The position numbers were made by a program, and so were the translations under genes. This document shows positions 48,792 through 60,500 of a stretch of DNA of 64,000 nucleotides, piece after piece; positions within the stretch are counted from its first letter, which is position 1; each line of letters begins with the position of its first letter. This DNA comes from Vicugna vicugna. Taxonomy: Eukaryota. The DNA lies in the NCBI GenBank assembly GCA_013265495.1, contig MU059052.1:1134702-1198701 (forward strand). The letters are read 5' to 3'. The notes below the pieces were generated by a model. The model was not told the origin of the DNA and searched no databases. It saw nothing but the letters and a program-made list of their open reading frames with translations.

Positions 48792-48934
48792 CACTTTTTT
48801 TGCATTTGAACTATAGTTTATTTACAATGTTGTGTTAGTTTCAAGTGTATAGCAAAGTGATTCAGTTATGTGTATATATACATTTTTTTTCAGATTCTTT
48901 TCCAGTATAGGTTATTACAAGCTATAGTTCCCTG
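48792..48934 (-). mobile_element. L1 3' tail with TSD, inserted into a MIR (~48750-49060, -)
   Basis: TSD TAAGCACTTTA at 48781-48791 and 48935-48945. The host MIR core 'ttttacagatgaggaaactgaggcacggag' is at ~49012-49045. Confidence 0.85.
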
Positions 48935-49249
48935 TAAGCACTTTATATTTTGAAGTGCTTTATTCCTCAGAAGAGTCCAGTAAAGTTGGTACTGTTATCG
49001 GTCATGGATTCCTTTTACAGATGAGGAAACTGAGGCACGGAGGAGGTAAGAGTCGAGGGCCATCAACCAGGAGTGGCAAAGCTGATGGGAGCCAGGCCAT
49101 CCAGTGCCCACATCACACGATCGCCACCACGCTCGGTTTTGGAGTCTGCTCGCTGCTTCCGCTAAGCCTGAGCTGTACGCAGACAGTGCAGATGCAGAGT
49201 AGGGGCGCTAATCATCCGAGGACCCCAGGAGTGATGTCACTGCTCTGTG

Positions 49250-49440
49250 GCCACAAGCCCAGGGTTTGGAGCCAGCAGACCCAGCCACTGAGTCCCGGCT
49301 CTGCCATGTCTGAGCAGCTGGCCCTGCACATTCTGCTTGTCTGGCTGAGTCTCAGTTTTCTCCTCTGTTAAATAAAGATAGAAGCCCCCAGGGTTGTAAA
49401 TAGTTAAAATCATCTATAAAGTTCTTAGCGCACTGTCTGA
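49250..49440 (+). mobile_element. MIR
   Basis: 'tttggagccagcagacc...ctgagtcccggctctgcca...ctgagtctcagttttctcctctgttaaat...aaagttcttagcgcactgtctgagcatag'. Confidence 0.75.
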
Positions 49441-50214
49441 GCATAGGGCGCAACTCCAGGGAGAGCTCTGGTCACATGGTATGAACTCAATCAGCAGCAG
49501 AATTTTAAAATTATTTTAAATGATTTATTGTTGTTTATATTTTATTCCCAGATTCTGTCTGTTCCGCTCAACTGGAATATGAGCTTTGTGGTTTCCCAAC
49601 AGTCTGTGATCCTCAACTGAACACTGGTCTAGCTGGGCCCTTGGAAATCAGGACCCCCACCCAGGGAAGACTGTCACATGGACACATTTCACTGAAAAAG
49701 ACCCAAAGTCTTAATCAGGGTCCAAGACTGCCTGCCCCTCGCAGCTGCCCCTGGTGGAGAAACTAGGTAGCACACTCCGTGCATCATCTCCCAGGGACGA
49801 CACCTGGGACTTGTTTTGTTTGAGTTGATAGGTGGTAGCAGACGGACTCCAGGCTCTCAGAAGGAATGGACGTAGCATCTTACGTGGCATCATCACTGGG
49901 CTAACGATGGGGACATTTAGCCTTTGAAAGTCTCCCTTCCCAGCCATGCGGAGTGATGGAGCCTTTCCCCAGGCTAGGGAAGCAGCTGCCTGGCCCACTG
50001 CCAGCTCCCGCCTCCGCGGCGCTTCCCCGCCCGCCTGTGCACCTTTAGCCCAGAGGCAGGATTTTCATCAAACTTACAGAATTAAAAGCTCAAGTTTTCT
50101 AGAAGCTTTAAGATGAATAACTGCACGGTCTACCTCTTCCCCTCCCCGCTGAGCAGTAAATATAAGAGGATTGAGTAGAGCTTAAAATCCAAAGGATACT
50201 TAAATGTACCAATT

Positions 50215-50900
50215 GTGGATAGTTGTTGAAGCTGGGTGTTGGGAACACAGGGGTCCATTTACTCTTCTTTCTACTTTTGTGTGTTTGAAACTTTTGTGTG
50301 TAATCACAATCAAATAAATGCATAAATAATCAAAAGCCCAAGCAAAAAATAAATAAATAAAAGACATTAAAACACTCAGCTGTCAGACTCCAAAGGCCTT
50401 CTTTTAAAAGTTCTTCAGGGGAGAGGTTCATAATTAAGAGCAAACACAGAAAAACTTGTATGGCAGAGATATAAAGCGCTGTGTCATTAGAGGAAGAGAG
50501 TATGTTTTTACCTGGGGGCAAAGCTGAGGTCTTCCTGGGGGCGGTGTCCCTAAGCTTAATCTTGAATGGGCAGGACTGGGGATGCAGGGGGTGAGCAGGA
50601 GATGGCATTCAGGGCAGGGGGTACTGAGGGCAAGGGTGCGGAGGAGGGAAGGGTTCCGTATAGGTCACTCTGGCAAGAGTTTATGATGTGTTGAAAGGTC
50701 GGGTTTTAAGGTACCACATGTGAAGCCTGGAGCACAGCAGTGCTGGCACAGAGCAGAGCCAGTGCCTGTGGGCAGATTGTGGCTCCTCGCAGGGTCTCAC
50801 CCTGCACATCCCAAGGTCACATTGAGGTTTCTGAGAACTTGATCTTTGTCAGGTTAAGAGAAAAACCAGGACAAGGACCAGGTTTGGGGAAAGATACTGA
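50215..50900. mobile_element. L1M 3' tip (+, ~50215-50330) followed by L2 fragments (-, ~50440-50900)
   Basis: 'ttgttgaagctgggtgttgggaacacaggggtccatttactcttctttctacttttgtgtgtttgaaac'; 'cctaagcttaatcttgaatggg...ggcattcagggcaggggg'. Confidence 0.6.
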
Positions 50901-51203
50901 GCTATGTTGTGAACAAGTTGAGCTCCGGTGGCTGTAAGACAAGGTCCAGGTCATTGGAACTGGGCAGGGAAAGCTGCCCTTCCAGAGGCTTCCATGCCTG
51001 GACTCCTGTGCTCCCACCAAGGCCAGGACACCCCTCCACGAGGACACACATTGTCTCAGGATGCCTTGGTTTCAGGCCTGACTACCAGGCCAGACTGTTC
51101 TCATCTAGAGAAGCTGGAGAACTCTGGCCCACTCTTGAAGATAATGATCATGATCATCACAACGACTTGGATGGTTTATCGAGGGCAGGGGTCCTGTTAC
51201 CCA

Positions 51204-51640
51204 GTATAATGGATTGAATTATGTTCCCCCCCAAAATGTGTTGAAGTCCTAACCCCTCTACCTCAGAATGTGACCCAATATGGAAATAGGGTCATTGCAG
51301 AGGTAATTGGTTAAGATGAGGTCACACTGGAGTAGAGTGGGCCCTTTGTCCAGTATGACTGGGGTCCTTATACGAAGAGAAGATAGAAACATGCAGGGAG
51401 GAACCCACATGATGGTGGAGGCAGAGAATGGAGTGATGCATCTATAAGCCAAGAATTCCAACAGCAGAAGCAGGACAAGGCAAGAAAGGATGCTCCTTAC
51501 AGGTTTCAGAGGGCACACGGCCCTGATGACTCCGTGATTTGGGACTTCTAGCCTCCAGAACTATGAGATGATACATTTCTGTTGCCTTAGGCTGCCCAGT
51601 TGGTGGTACTCTGTGACAGCGTTCTCAGGAAAAAACTATA
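51204..51640 (+). mobile_element. MaLR solo LTR (MLT1B-like)
   Basis: 'aatggattgaattatgttccccccaaaat...gttgaagtcctaacccc...tcagaatgtgacc...gaaatagggtcattgcagaggtaatt...gacttctagcctccagaactatgagatgatacatttctgttg'. Confidence 0.9.
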
Positions 51641-52174
51641 GTCATCTCTGTATCTCCAGAACCTGGCACCTCACAGCATTTGAGGAGTGAGCAAATAAAT
51701 GAAGCTTAGGGAGGGATGGCGGGGGGTGGCGTGAGCAGAAAGCAGTAGTGTGGGGTGAGACAAGAGAACGACAGCCCTGCGTGTCCAGTGGGACGGGCTG
51801 TGCTCACCTCCCCTAGGAAGGCTCTGTGGCCAAGAACGGCAGCAGATGGGCTGAGGAGAGGCACCAGGGCAGGTCTTGTCACCAGGGCAGATCCTGAGGG
51901 GCAGGGAGAGGCCAGAGAGCCTAGAAGCCCCTGGAGGTGACCAGTGAAGCTGGGTTCTCACCTCAAGTGTATCCCCTCCCCTCCCCTGCTCCTCCCCACA
52001 CTCACTCCCACTCTGCAGTATCTGCATTTGAGCCAAGGCGCTCTTCCCCCGACGCTGGTCTGGCCCTGGGGAGCAGACCCCTGGAATGGTCCCAGGAGGA
52101 GCTGGAGCCCAGCAAGGCAGGGGGTACTGGTGGGATGAGAGGGAGGGAGTTGCTGAGTGGCACCAAGAGCTCAG

Positions 52175-52345
52175 CTGGAATACGTGTTATAGGCCCAGGC
52201 TCCTGTTTAAATCCATCTAAAACTTACTATTAATGTGACTTGGGGCAAGTTACTTGACCTTCCCTGAGCCTGTTTCCATATCTAAAAAATGGGGCTATGT
52301 CTACCTACTCTGTAATATCATCCTAAAGGTGAAATGAAATATTAA
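52175..52345 (+). mobile_element. MIR
   Basis: 'tgtgacttggggcaagttacttgaccttccctgagcctgtttccatatctaaaaaatgggg'. Confidence 0.8.
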
Positions 52346-52692
52346 ATGTGTGTGGTGCATCCTCCTTCTCCGCACCATCATCATCGTCTTCTGTGGTGGC
52401 CAAGCCTCTCTGGGAGATGGAAGGGTTGGGGAGTTCCCCAACCACGTCTCTGCCCAGATCCGGTGACAGTCCCCAGCTAAGCATGAGGAGACCCCTCGGG
52501 GTGAACCAACACTATAAAGATGGACATGAGGTCAGATGCCAGGGACTGACTGGGAGCTGGGTTTCAGGGAGACCTGACTGCCGCTGAGAAGCAGGCCATG
52601 TGCCTAAAACCAGAAGTGGGAGGACCCGTATTGTGGAGGAGTTTGTTGGGCATAAAATAGGCCACCTGTGGGGGTGGGGGATGACCCTGACA

Positions 52693-53665
52693 TTCAGGGT
52701 CAAACGGCACAAGGAGGCTTCACCTGGCACCTGTGGTTCTGAGGCACTTAATGGTGTCTGCTTAGCAAGCCCAGCTGCCATCAATAGTCAGTGGTGGAAG
52801 TGCCCTGCCACCTCCACCATGATGAATTAACCAAGTAAATGATTCTCATTGTGGGTGGGGAGCATTAAGGACTCAGGTTTTGCTGTGATAAGGAGTGCTG
52901 TTGGCCTGAAACACATCAAGCAGATAAAAGAGGCCTGTGGAAAACAAGTGGCAGGTGGAGCTAAAGCAAAAGGGAAGTCCTGGGAGTATATCTGGTGGCC
53001 TCCTCCTCACTGGTAACTGCTTGGAGGCTGAGTAGCCCAGGCTGACCCGGGAGTTGCTCCTGCAGCACACAGACTGAAGGAAAGCACGGAGCAGAGGGCT
53101 GGGGAGGGGGGCAGGCCCCCAGCCACTGCGGGCCAGGGTGCAGTGCAGCCCAGAGCAGCAAGGACAAGCTTCGAAGGCAGAGGTGAGGTGTTGTCTGGGT
53201 CCCCCTGGGGTCTCCATTTCTCCCTTCACCCCTGGGTGGGGGCTGGAGGGGGGCACTCTCTCCATCTCAGATGGGGGTGGCTGGGAGGCCAGGCTGGGCT
53301 TGGTAACATGGGAAATCCCGGTTGGTGAGAGCAGTGATGTTCACAGGCTGAAGGCAGCAGGGAAAGAGGGCGCAGCCTTGTCCTTGTGTGGAGGTGCTCC
53401 AGGTGACCTGGGAGGAAGGGAGGAGCTGTGGGGAGAGGAAAGGTCCCAGAAGAGATAGATGTCCCACCTGCTGGCATTCTCCTGCTTTTTGGGGGTCAAA
53501 CCACACAAGGCAGGCTTCACTTGGTGCTTTTGGTTCTGGGGCGCCTAATAGTGTCTGTACAGTCAGCGACGGAAGATGGGCTCCCCTAAGTGCCCCGCAG
53601 CCTCCATTATGATAAATCGTTTAATTAAATGAGTTTCCTCACGGGTGGGGAGCATTAGGGCTCAG
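52693..53665. repeat. Copy A (973 bp) of a dispersed direct duplication
   Basis: Aligns end to end with 55530-56500, with about 9 substitutions plus a 2-bp G-run change (~99%). Confidence 0.97.
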
Positions 53666-55358
53666 ACTTTACTGTGATGATGAGTGAGGGCAATTGGCCG
53701 GCCTTGTGTGACTGTATCCAAACTGGCTGCTTTGGACAGAGCTCGAGTCTGCAGCTGGAGAAGGGTGTGGGGCCGCTGGGCCCAGGCCCACTGTGGGTCC
53801 CTGTGCTAGTTTCTTTGCTCTGAGTCTGGAGACCTTCTGAAGTGGCACTTTTAAACAGAGATTACAGAGATGGCTTTATAGCTCAGCCAGTGGGGCACCA
53901 TCTCTGCTCTATGCTTTAAGGAATCCTATGAATTTTCTAGGCTATACAAATCCCATTCACTGACTGTAAACCCCCCAGTTGGGGAGTCAGGAAATGCCAG
54001 CACGAGGCCCGGCCCTTTGCAGACTTGCTGGGTGCTGGTGGGCAATGTGTGAACTGCATTTCCCAGGCCTCAGCAACTGTCCTGATCTCAAGTGTTACAT
54101 CTGGCCCAGCTATCAGACCAGGAGCATTTCTCTGTCGGGCAGTGGGACTCCCACTTCAGCGCATGGAAGAGTCTCCCTAGGAGCTGTCTGGCATACAGGT
54201 TCCTGAGCCCTGACCCCAGAGTCCGATGCTGGAACCTGATTAGGTCTGGCCTGTGGTCCAGCTGGATCGATGAAGGTGCCCCGAGACTCACACTTGGAGA
54301 AATACCGATCTGGGGGGACTTTGCTTAGACAGAGTGCCTAGAAATGTGGTCGAATAATATAATATATACAATACCCAAGACAGAGATGGGGTGACGGAAG
54401 TGTCAAGAAAACATGCGCTCTTTTATCAGAATGTTACTGTGGCTTCCAATGACCAGGTCAGGGATACCTTCAGCAGGGGAAATTAACCACCTGAATCTGT
54501 GCAGGGGATCAGGGAGCTCAACACGTGAAGGGTCGAAGTTGAGAAGTGGCAGGAGAGCCGTCGTGCTGGTTTAGGAAGAGTCTGAGACTGTGGCTCGCTG
54601 CCCCAGTGGCGCTGACAGTGAGGCTCTTTCATTACTTCAATCATCAAACACGAGTCTAGTTTCCAGAGACAGATGTTGGGTAAGCCCTTACTGTTTATGG
54701 AGTTGGTAAGCTGCTAGAGCGCCAGGAATTTTTTTGAGCTTTTCTTCTGAATTTCTCTGCATATCATTCTTCGTTGTTTACTTGCCCAAGTCCAGATTAC
54801 CAGAGAATTTTTCAGAAGTCCGATCTTTCCATAGTCACCTCACAGAGGGGTCTCATGGGCCTGCTGGCAAGCAGCGGTCAGACTGAAGCCAACGAGGTGC
54901 TGGGAATGCGTGGGAGGGCCAGACCCCGCGAGCCTGCACAGGCAGCTTCCAGCTGGACCCTGGAGGCAGCAGCCCCGATTCTCATCCATAGCAGACAGGG
55001 TGTTGATGCTCTCAAGGCCTGGAATGGTCCCTGACAAATCTAGTCGCATATCTAAACCCTGAACACCTCAGGTGCTTCCCAAAGCCCCTTGGGAATCCCA
55101 GTTTATAAGAGGTCTGTTTGCCTGGGGAATAGGATGAGAGGGAGCTAGACCTCTGTGTGTTTATTTATTTCCAGTATTTATTTAAAGATCACCCAGAAGC
55201 TTAAAGGGTCTGAAGGCTGCACTGTCACTGGGTTTCTTGGGTCTGGGACAGAATACCTAAAGGCCCCCCAGATCTGTTACTTATCAAAGCAAGATGGGTT
55301 GAGATTGGAAACAGTGAACTCCCTGGACTCCCCTGTGTGTGATCTGGAAACGATGGGG

Positions 55359-55529
55359 GCCCCAGGTTGAGGGCATTAGCTGCTGAGCTGAGAAATCTCT
55401 TTGGCCAAAGGATCTAATGTCTTTACTCAATGTCTCTTTCTCTCATTTCTCTAAAAGGAAAACACTGTTTTTCCTGAGAACCATCTTGGGTAATTATGTT
55501 AGGAAGCTGTGGTAGGATAAACAGCATCT
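55359..55529. repeat. ~170-bp direct repeat N1, immediately left of copy B
   Basis: gccccaggttgagg...ggtaggataaacagcatct aligns to 56501-56676 at ~89%. Confidence 0.93.
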
Positions 55530-56500
55530 TTCAGGGTCAAACGGCACAAGGAGGCTTCACCTGGCACCTGTGGTTCTGAGGCACTTAATGGTGTCTGCTT
55601 AGCAAGCCCAGCTGCCATCAATAGTCAGTGGTGGAAGTGCCCTGCCACCTCCACCATGATGAATTAACCAAGTAAATGATTCTCATTGTGGGTGGGGAGC
55701 ATTAAGGACTCAGGTTTTGCTGTGATAAGGAGTGCTGTTGGCCTGAAACACATCAAGCAGATAAAAGAGGCCTGTGGAAAACAAGTGGCAGGTGGAGCTA
55801 ATGCAAAAGGGAAGTCCTGGGAGTATATCCGGTGGCCTCCTCCTCACTGGTAACTGCTTGGAGGCTGAGTAGCCCAGGCTGACCCGGGAGTCGGTCCTGC
55901 AGCACACAGACTGAAGGAAAGCACGGAGCAGAGGGCTGGGGGGGGCCAGGCCCCCAGCCACTGCGGGCCAGGGTGCAGTGCAGCCCAGAGCAGCAAGGAC
56001 GAGCTTCAAAGGCAGAGGTGAGGTGTTGTCTGGGTCCCCCTGGGGTCTCCATTTCTCCCTTCACCCCTGGGTGGGGGCTGGAGGGGGGCACTCTCTCCAT
56101 CTCAGATGGGGGTGGCTGGGAGGCCAGGCTGGGCTTGGTAACATGGGAAATCCCGGTTGGTGAGAGCAGTGATGTTCACAGGCTGAAGGCAGCAGGGAAA
56201 GAGGGCGCAGCCTTGTCCTTGTGTGGAGGTGCTCCAGGTGGCCTGGGAGGAAGGGAGGAGCTGTGGGGAGAGGAAAGGTCCCAGAAGAGATAGATGTCCC
56301 ACCTGCTGGCATTCTCCTGCTTTTTGGGGGTCAAACCACACAAGGCAGGCTTCACTTGGTGCTTTTGGTTCTGGGGCGCCTAATAGTGTCTGTACAGTCA
56401 GCGACGGAAGATGGGCTCCCCTAAGTGCCCCGCAGCCTCCATTATGATAAATCATTTAATTAAATGAGTTTCCTCATGGGTGGGGAGCATTAGGGCTCAG
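55530..56500. repeat. Copy B (971 bp) of the dispersed direct duplication
   Basis: Same orientation as copy A, offset 2837 to 2835 bp. Duplicate ORFs in the ORF track reflect this. Confidence 0.97.
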
Positions 56501-56676
56501 GCCCCAGGCTGAGGACCATTATTAGCTGCTAAGCAGGGAAATCTCTTTGGCCAAGGAATCTAGTGTCTTTACTCAATACGTCCTTCTCTCTTTTTCTCTA
56601 AAAGGAAAACACTGGTTTCCCTGAGAACCATCTTTGGTAATTATGTTAGGAAGCTGTGGTAAGATAAACAGCATCT
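56501..56676. repeat. ~175-bp direct repeat N2, immediately right of copy B
   Basis: gccccaggctgagg...ggtaagataaacagcatct is the partner of N1. Confidence 0.93.
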
Positions 56677-57524
56677 GAATCTCAAATTGCTCACATCTCA
56701 CATTGCTTGTTTCAGACACATTAAAATGTTATTGAAGATCTCTCTCAAGACTAAATAATACTTTAGCACAGAATAGACTCTCTATATTTATACAGAGTAT
56801 GTATATTGCTTTTCAGCCCAACCCATCTTAAGGAATTTTATTTCAAAATTGCTCAGGAGAAATTTAAATTGGACAGAAGAGGAAACAGATTTTGGAACAG
56901 GCCTGTAGGACACTTCATAACTCCTCCTCTTTATCTCTTTAGAGTGATAGGCAACTCGTTCCTGGTAAAGCTATGCCTGCTTAAAATCAGAGCATATGTT
57001 TGGGTGTAGCTCCAAGGGTCGATCAGCACGATTAATCATCTCCAGGGCTTCCAGCCTGAAGTAAAATACTAGAAGGGAAAAGAGCTAGAAGGGAAGGGAA
57101 AAAGAAGAGCTGTGGTCCCTCTGGTGGACAGTTTTGGAGTGGCACCCAGAAATTCACTCAAGAATTCTTGCCGGTGCTCAAACAGCTCACAGGACTAGAT
57201 CTTTCAACACGAAAGACGGCTGTTGTTTCCCTAAATCCAAGAAAGTCAGTCTACATGTAAAATCCAAGCTACTTAATACAGTAATTAACTAGGAAAGTAC
57301 TGTAAATGTGATAGAGGTAATTTCTAAAAGACAAGAAAACCAAATATCTGGTTTATCTAAATTTTAGATGTTTACTCCTCATGTCATCACATATTTGCTG
57401 CTCTTAAGAACTCTGATATATAATGGTGTTGGGATTTTTTACATTTATCTCATCTCTATGTTGAAAAAAAAATCTCCAGAGCTCTACAATCTCATGAAAT
57501 TATTGCCATTGAAATTTCCCTTAA

Positions 57525-60500
57525 AAAAAAGGAAAAGAAATTTAGTTGATGTACAATATTTGTTTCAGGTGTGAGACATAGCAATTTGACATTTGCATAC
57601 ATTGTGAAATAATCACAGTAAGGCTAGTACGTCTGTCCCCATAGAAAGAGAGAAAAAGCAAAAATAAACAAATGGTACTACATCAAACTAAAAAGCTTTT
57701 ACACAGCAAAGGAAACTATCAACAAAACAAATGATTTTTTTTCTCTTGGAGACAGATCCAAAAAAATATTTTTAAGACTAATGTCAAAGAGCATACTGCC
57801 TATGTTTTCTTCTGGTAATTTTATGGCTTTGGGTCTTACATTTAATTTTTCTGATCCAGTTGTGTTATCTTCAATTTCTTTCATCAATATCTTATAGTTT
57901 TCCAAGTACATCTTTTACATCCTTAGATTTATTCTTTTTCATGCAGTTATAAATGGGATTGTTTTAATTTCTCTTTTTGATAGCTTATTGGTGTATAGTA
58001 TATAGATTCCTGTGTTTTAATTTTATATTCTAAAACTTTGTGTTACTTTAAACAGTTTTTTGTGACATCTTTAAGATTTTCTGTATATAGTATCATGTCA
58101 TTTGCAATCTACAGTGACAGTTTTCTTCGTCTTCAATTTCAATTTTCTTTATTATCTTGTCTGATTAATGTGGCTAGAGCTTCCAATACTATGTTGAACA
58201 AAAGTGGTGAAAGTGGGCATCTTTGTCTTGTTCTTGATCTTAGAGGAAATGATTTCAGCTTTTCACATAGAGTATGATGTTGGCTGTGGGTTTCTCATAT
58301 ATGGCCTTAGTATGTTGAAGTATTTTTCTTCTATACCCTGTACTTGAGAGTTTTTATCATGAAGGGACGTTAGATTTTGTCAAAAGCTTTCTCTGCATCT
58401 ATTGAGATGACCATATGATTTCCATTCTTCAATTTGTTAATGTGGTATTTCATATTGACTGATTAGTGGATATTAAATCATCCTTGCATTCCTGGGAGAA
58501 ACCCCACTTATTCATGGTGTACGATTTTTGTAATGTGTTATTAAATTGGTTTGCTAATATTTTTTGAGAACTTTTGCATATATATTCATCACAGAAGTGG
58601 CCTGTAGTTTTCTCTGTAATGCTGGCCTCAGGATGAGTTTAGGAAAATTCCCTCTTCAATTTTATGGAAGAGTTTGAGGAGTGGCATTAATTTTTCTTCA
58701 ACTGTTTGGTAGAAAGCTCCAGGGAAACCATCTGGCCCTAGGATTTTGTTAAGAGTTTCAATTACTGATTCAGTCTAACTCATTATTGGTCTGTTAGAGG
58801 CTCCATTTCTTCCTTATTAGTTTTGGTAGGTTGCATGTTTCTAGGAATTAATCCATTTCTTTAAGGTTATCCAATTTGTTGGTGTATATATAATTGTTCA
58901 TGGTAGTCTCATGATCCTTTGTATTTCTGTGGTACCAGTTGTAACATCGTTTTCATGTCTGAGTTTGATTCTTCTCTTAGTTTAGCTTAAGGTTTATCAA
59001 TTTTATCTTAAAAAAAAAAACCCAGCTCTTTTGTTGACATTTTGTATTGCTTTTTCTGGTCTCTATTTCTGCTCTGCTATTTGTTATTTCTTTCCTTCTA
59101 TTAACTTTGGGCTGAGTCTATTTTTTTCTACTTCTTTAAAATTTAAAGCTAGCTTATTCATTTGAGACTTCTTTTTTATTAATGTTTATCACTATAAACT
59201 TACCTCATAACTTTTTTGCTGCACCCCATGAATGGTTTTGGTAATGTTGTGTTTCCATTTTTATTTCAAGATTTTTTTTTTAAAAAATTTCCTTTTGATT
59301 TCTTTTCTGACTCGGTTGTTCAGGAGCGTGTTGTTTAATTTTCACGTATTTGTGTATTTCCCAGTTTTCCTCCTGTTACTACTCATCTCTAGTTGATGCC
59401 ATTTTGGTCAGAAAAGATACTTAGTATGATTTCAGTCTTATTAAAATTTTTAATACTTGTTCTGTGATCTGTCATTTGATCCATCCTGGAGGATGTTCTG
59501 TACGCACTTCAGAAGAATGCGTACTCTGCTGCAGTTGGATTGACTGCTTCATATATGTCTGTTAGGTTAATTTTGTCCAAAGTGTAGTTCAAATGTTTCC
59601 CTACTGATTTTCTGTCTGGATGGCCCATCCATTGTTGAAAGTGGGATAGTGGGAGTCCTCAGCTGTTACTGTAGTGTTGTCTGTTTCTCTCTCCAGATCT
59701 ATTAGTATTTTCTTAATATATTTGGGTGCTCCGCTGTTGCACATTTGATTGTTACATTCTCTTGAATTGACCTCTTTATCGTTATAGGTGACCCGCTTTG
59801 CCTCTTGTACAATTTTAGCTTAAAGTCTTCAAGTCTATTTTGTCTGATTTAAGTATAGTTACCTCTGCTTTCTTTGGTTTCTACTTGCCTGGAATATTTT
59901 TTTCCGTATCTTCACCATGGGCCTGTGTGTGTCTTTAAAGCTGGAAGAATCTCCATAGGTAGCATATAATTGGGTCTTTGGTTTATTTTCTTGTTTTTTT
60001 TCCCCCCATCCAGCCACTCTATGCCTTTTGTTTGGAGAACTTAATCTATTTACATTTTGAGTCATTACTGATAGGTAAGAATTAATGTAATTTTATTGTC
60101 TTCTAGCTGTTGTGTTGTTCTTACTCCTTCCTCCCTCTCTTGCTGCCTTTCTTTGTGTGCTGCTGATTTCCCATAGTGATATGCTTTGATTCCCTTCTAT
60201 CTTTTGTGGAGCTACTGTAGGTTTTTGCTCTGTGGTTATCATGAGGTCCACATAAAACATGTTGTAGATGTAACAGTCTATTTATGCTGATAACAACCTC
60301 AATGGCATATGAAAACTCTTTCTACTTGTACATTTTTTATGTCACAATTTACCTCTTTTAATATTGTGTATTCACTAAAAAATTTGTATAGCTAAAGTTA
60401 TTTTAATGCTCTTGTCCTTTTACCTTTACACCAGGGTTATGTGATTAGCACACCACCATATTAGAATATTAGAGAATTGTAAATTTGGCTATATGCTTAT

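Noticed and set aside
52819-52909. Possible box C/D snoRNA in module M1 (ATGATGA ... CTGA, 91 nt)
   Set aside because: No terminal stem, no clear C'/D' boxes or rRNA-complementary guide, intergenic location, and box C is not kept in the paralogous module M2.
52873-56455. Pairs of near-identical ORFs suggesting a duplicated gene
   Set aside because: Overlapping short ORFs on both strands with no protein-like signature. A G-run indel shifts frames between copies, and they are fully explained by the DNA duplication.
23256-56676. CRISPR-like or prokaryotic systems
   Set aside because: The repeats are two-copy duplications hundreds of bp long with no repeat-spacer periodicity. The window is eukaryotic, with spliceosomal introns and mammalian retroelements.
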